From a virus (Duplodnaviria > Caudoviricetes), in IMG/VR virus record IMGVR_UViG_3300042366_000883, positions 1 through 27,227 of that record: DNA of 27,227 nucleotides. One strand, given 5' to 3'. The translations under genes were made by a program, and so were the position numbers. Below are positions 23,847-27,227 of the stretch, piece after piece; within the stretch, counting starts at the first letter, position 1, and every line of letters starts with the position of its first letter. The notes below the pieces were generated by a model. That model made no database searches, was not told where the DNA came from, and saw only the letters and a list, made by a program, of their open reading frames with translations.

Positions 23847-26092
23847 TGAACACAGTAGAGATACCATTAAAAATCTCAGGACTCGCTGAGATTAAAGCAG
23901 AATTAAGAGCATTGAAGGGTGAGTTAGCTAATGCTACTGATCCAAAAGAGATGGCTGAGTTAGCTCAGAGAGCAGGTGAGCTGAAGGATCAGATAGCTGA
24001 TGCGAATGAGGCAGCCAATACTTTTGCGACTGGTTCTAAATTTGAACAGGTATCCAACGGATTAGGAGGGATTAAGGATAGTTTAATGAGCCTTGACTTT
24101 GCAGAGGCTAATCAAAAGGCCAAGGTATTCAGTGCAGCCCTTGGAAAAATAAACCCTGCTGAGATTAGTCAAGGGTTTAAATCTTTTACCGGAATGGTTA
24201 CCACCTTGGGCGGTGCCTTCATCAAGTTAGGTGCAACCATTCTAATGAACCCTATCTTTTTAATCGTGGCATTGATCACTGCCATTGTGGTAGGGATAGG
24301 AATGTTGTTAAAAAAGTTTGGCATTTTGGATGCTGTATTCAAGGCAATCATGGCACCTATCAATGCGGTCATTCAGGCACTCAAAGATTTGGGTGACTGG
24401 TTAGGTCTTACCAGTTTTGCTGAGGATGAAGCACATGAGGAGGAGATGGCAAGAGTTGAAGAACAAAAACAAGCACGTGAAGAGTTAGCCGCTGCAAGGG
24501 AAGCACAATTTAACGCAAGCCAAAAACAATACGACAGGCAGATAGCCTTAATGGATGCAGAGGGAAAGGACACCAAAGAATTGACAAGGTTAAAAATTGA
24601 GGAGTCTATTCGCTATATGAATCAAAAGAAACAAGAACTTGCATTGGAAATTCAGGCGCAGGAGCAAGTAGCAGAGAGAGTAATGTTTATACGCGGTGTA
24701 GAAAGTGAAGCTTATAAAAAACTTCAAGAACAAAAAAAGCAACAAGTTGAATTAACCGAAGGGATATTAGATGCGGAAAATCAACTTAAAATAAATGAGA
24801 TAAACAATGCTAAAGCTTCACAAGAGAACGCCAAGAAAGCAGCAGATAACGCCAAGAAACGTGCAGAGGATGCAGCTAAGAGAGCAAAGGAAGAGCTTGA
24901 AAACCGTAGAAAGCTAAGAGACTTTGAGCTCTCTCAAATCAAAGACGATGCACAGCGTGAGGAGGCAATCACTCGTGAGAAATATGCACGGATGTTAACT
25001 GATTTAAAGACAGATAAAACTAAGAGTAAGGACGAAAAATTAAAGTTTGAAAAACTGTACGAGCAGGAGCTCAACATTGAACTCAATAAACAGTCTGAAG
25101 CCAGGAGAAAAAAGGAGGAGGAAAACACGAAGAAAGCTAATGAGACTATCCTACAGCTACGCCTGGCATTGATGCCTGAGGGTGATGCTAAAGAGAAAGC
25201 AATGCAAGATGATAAGTACCGTAAACTGCGAGAGGCTGCCATTGCTGACACCACACTCACTGAGGAGAAGCGGAGTGAGATACTTGCATTGTACGATGAG
25301 CAGAGAGCTAAGGAGGATGCGGCTAAAGAATTAGAGAAGCAGAAAGCCAAAGATGAATTTGCTAAGAAATTTGCTTTGGAGCAGATGACTAAATCAGACC
25401 AGGAGCTTGAGGCATTGAGGGTGAAGTATGAAGAGGAGCGTAAGCTTGCAGAAGGTAACGCTGCTCTATTGCTTGAGCTTGAGAATAAGTACACAGCCGA
25501 CCGAAAAAAGATACTGGATGAACAGGCATTGGCAGCAATTCAAGAAAAGACGAAAGAACGTGATGCCATCATTGGATTGACCAATGATATATTTGGCGGT
25601 GTGAGTAACATAGCCGGCATGATGATCAAGGACCAGAAGAAACTTGAGAAATTCAACAAGGCATCAGCGTTGATACAGATAGGGATTGATACAGCTAAGG
25701 CAATCAGTGCGCTGGTTGCAGCATCACAGGCTAATCCATTCAATGCAGCCACAGCAGGTACGGCAGGTGTTGCTCAGTTTGCGAGTGGTATTATTCAGAT
25801 AGCTACCAACATAGCCAAGGCAAAGCAGATACTAACCTCAGGAGGTACACCCTCAGCAGGTGGTGGAGGCGGTGCTTCAGGTGGAGGAGGTGGTGGTGCT
25901 TCAGCATCCACTGCACAGGTAGTACCTCAAGCTGCTCAGCTATTCGGTCAAGGTAACACTGGCAATGTATTCTCAGCAGGTGGCACATCCACTGAAAGCT
26001 CAGAGATCACAGTGACAGCGGTGGTGAGTGAGACAGCCATGACATCCACACAGAATAAGATAAACAGAATTAACAAGAATGCAGAACTATGA
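23846..26092 (+). CDS. Tail tape measure protein
   Basis: 748 aa; long E/K/A-rich coiled coil, hydrophobic NPIFLIVALI segment, IDTAKAI motif, Gly-rich C-terminus. Confidence 0.8.
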   Translation: MNTVEIPLKISGLAEIKAELRALKGELANATDPKEMAELAQRAGELKDQIADANEAANTFATGSKFEQVSNGLGGIKDSLMSLDFAEANQKAKVFSAALGKINPAEISQGFKSFTGMVTTLGGAFIKLGATILMNPIFLIVALITAIVVGIGMLLKKFGILDAVFKAIMAPINAVIQALKDLGDWLGLTSFAEDEAHEEEMARVEEQKQAREELAAAREAQFNASQKQYDRQIALMDAEGKDTKELTRLKIEESIRYMNQKKQELALEIQAQEQVAERVMFIRGVESEAYKKLQEQKKQQVELTEGILDAENQLKINEINNAKASQENAKKAADNAKKRAEDAAKRAKEELENRRKLRDFELSQIKDDAQREEAITREKYARMLTDLKTDKTKSKDEKLKFEKLYEQELNIELNKQSEARRKKEEENTKKANETILQLRLALMPEGDAKEKAMQDDKYRKLREAAIADTTLTEEKRSEILALYDEQRAKEDAAKELEKQKAKDEFAKKFALEQMTKSDQELEALRVKYEEERKLAEGNAALLLELENKYTADRKKILDEQALAAIQEKTKERDAIIGLTNDIFGGVSNIAGMMIKDQKKLEKFNKASALIQIGIDTAKAISALVAASQANPFNAATAGTAGVAQFASGIIQIATNIAKAKQILTSGGTPSAGGGGGASGGGGGGASASTAQVVPQAAQLFGQGNTGNVFSAGGTSTESSEITVTAVVSETAMTSTQNKINRINKNAEL

Positions 26093-26526
26093 TAAGCCTA
26101 CAGTCCACCATCAATAAGATAGAAGCCTTCTACAACTCTCACCTTCAGGTCAAGAAGGTGGGGTCTGACTTCAAGGAACAGATGACTAACTTCGCTACTA
26201 AGGATGAGAAGTATCCTATCGTTTTCATTGTGCCGGTATCAGTTAGCAATACTGAGAATACTAACATCTTCACCCTTGACATCTATTGCTTTGACATCAT
26301 TCAAAAGGATAGGGCTAACATCATAACCATCCTGAGTGATACGCATCAGATATTAATGGACCTGTACAATTATTTCACCTTCAGCAATGACCTCAGCATG
26401 GATGTATCAGGTATCCCTTCATTCACTGCTCTGAATAATGATCTACTTGACTATGCGGCAGGGTACGTCATGACCATTACCTTAGAGGTAGACAACTGGA
26501 CTGACTGCGACGTGCCACTACAATAA
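26089..26526 (+). CDS. Tail terminator/completion-like protein
   Basis: 145 aa acidic; KYP, ILSDT.QIL.D and AG..M.I motifs. Confidence 0.55.
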   Translation: MISLQSTINKIEAFYNSHLQVKKVGSDFKEQMTNFATKDEKYPIVFIVPVSVSNTENTNIFTLDIYCFDIIQKDRANIITILSDTHQILMDLYNYFTFSNDLSMDVSGIPSFTALNNDLLDYAAGYVMTITLEVDNWTDCDVPLQ

Positions 26527-26555
26527 ACATTTAGCTACGTTGTGACAATATAAGT
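26526..26555 (+). promoter_or_regulatory. Putative phage late promoter, copy 5
   Basis: AACA(26526-26529)-N15-ACAATATAAGT then ATG 26556. Confidence 0.7.
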
Positions 26556-27188
26556 ATGAGCATACCTAACTGGTGGGGTGATTGGAGGCAGGGGTTGACC
26601 CCTCACACTGGAGACCTACAGAGCACTGACCTTATCGAATGTACACAGATAGTAGCAGGGCAACCTGTCAACACAGCTATCACGGGTCAGCAGATAATCA
26701 ATGCAGCTTCAGGAGGTAGCAGTGATCCAAAAACTATTGGCAGTGCATATGGTACAGGTGTTACAGGACTTACTAATGCCGTCAGTGCAACTGTATTGAT
26801 ACCTGCTAATACTATACTTACAACAAATACCATATATATCAAGGCATTCATTGACAGAACTTTGGTAAGTGGTGCAGGTTCAACAGCATTTAGATTTTAC
26901 ACCAATACCACCAACAGCTTAACAGGTGCTACACTTCTTGGGTCAGGTGGTTCAATGGCTACTACCGTAAGGTTCCAACGATTTGAAAGGAACATATATG
27001 TGGATATTAATAACATGAATTGCTTTGCTACAGGTACAAGTGCATCTAATGACTACACTATCAGTGCCATTAGCTTAATACCATTCAACAAGACTGTAGA
27101 TAATTACCTTATCTTTACCGTTCAGCATTCATCCTCAGCCACCGATATAGCAGCATGGAAAAGAGTAATAGTACAAAAGTATGCATAG
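26556..27188 (+). CDS. Putative tail fibre / virion accessory protein
   Basis: T/S/G-rich, beta-rich 210 aa; LIPANT motif; late promoter upstream. Confidence 0.5.
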   Translation: MSIPNWWGDWRQGLTPHTGDLQSTDLIECTQIVAGQPVNTAITGQQIINAASGGSSDPKTIGSAYGTGVTGLTNAVSATVLIPANTILTTNTIYIKAFIDRTLVSGAGSTAFRFYTNTTNSLTGATLLGSGGSMATTVRFQRFERNIYVDINNMNCFATGTSASNDYTISAISLIPFNKTVDNYLIFTVQHSSSATDIAAWKRVIVQKYA

Positions 27189-27227
27189 CGTAACAGTTAA
27201 CGATATTACCTACACCTTCACTGAATG
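27181..27227 (+). CDS. Partial hypothetical protein running off the right edge
   Basis: ATG 27181 overlapping the previous gene end; MHSVTVNDITYTFTE..., no stop in the window. Confidence 0.45.
   Translation, partial: MHSVTVNDITYTFTE

Noticed and set aside
24450-24830. Apparent shift to GAA/CAA codons within the tape measure gene (possible mosaic patch)
   Set aside because: Impression by eye only; needs a sliding-window codon analysis.
25850-25900. GGTGGT-type repeats
   Set aside because: Encode the ordinary Gly-rich linker near the tape measure C-terminus.
352-25988. Minus-strand and alternative-frame ORFs in the track (e.g. 6868-7254, 10638-11027, 18915-19349, 24934-25494)
   Set aside because: Shadows of well-supported + strand genes, with no recognisable motifs.
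1-27227. Stop-codon reassignment, integrase/att site, tRNA genes
   Set aside because: Genes are intact and densely packed under the standard bacterial code; no recombinase motifs or cloverleaf seen, although the genome extends beyond the window.

Overview
Most of a tailed dsDNA phage genome (siphovirus-like Caudoviricetes), very likely infecting a Bacteroidota (Flavobacteriia/Cytophagia-like) host. Evidence for the host: TTG-N18-21-TAnnTTTG promoters, A-rich start contexts without Shine-Dalgarno motifs, a DUF3127-type SSB and a BT4734/VirE-N primase. Nearly all genes are on the + strand. Order: prohead protease/scaffold, major capsid, tail tube, portal, adaptor, holin-amidase-spanin, RNase H-like exonuclease; an early block with small ORFs, an HNH gene and a DnaA-domain-IV-like protein; an iteron-rich putative origin; primase-helicase, VRR-NUC, ERF, YqaJ-like exonuclease, SSB; a sigma-factor-like gene; terminases; tail genes and tape measure. 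No integrase, DNA polymerase, tRNA or CRISPR array is seen. The most notable signals are non-coding. (1) A perfect 9-1-9 palindrome resembling the Flavobacteriales Fur box lies just upstream of the main early promoter. (2) A five-copy bipartite late promoter, AACA-N14-16-ACAATATA, abuts start codons, suggesting leaderless mRNAs read by the phage sigma factor. (3) TTGTCACG iterons lie next to and inside a DnaA-IV-like gene. (4) A duplicated double-palindrome element (GTGC-N8-GCAC x2) precedes tandem MKQTAVEWL cassettes. Protein calls come from motif recognition by eye; no database searches were run.
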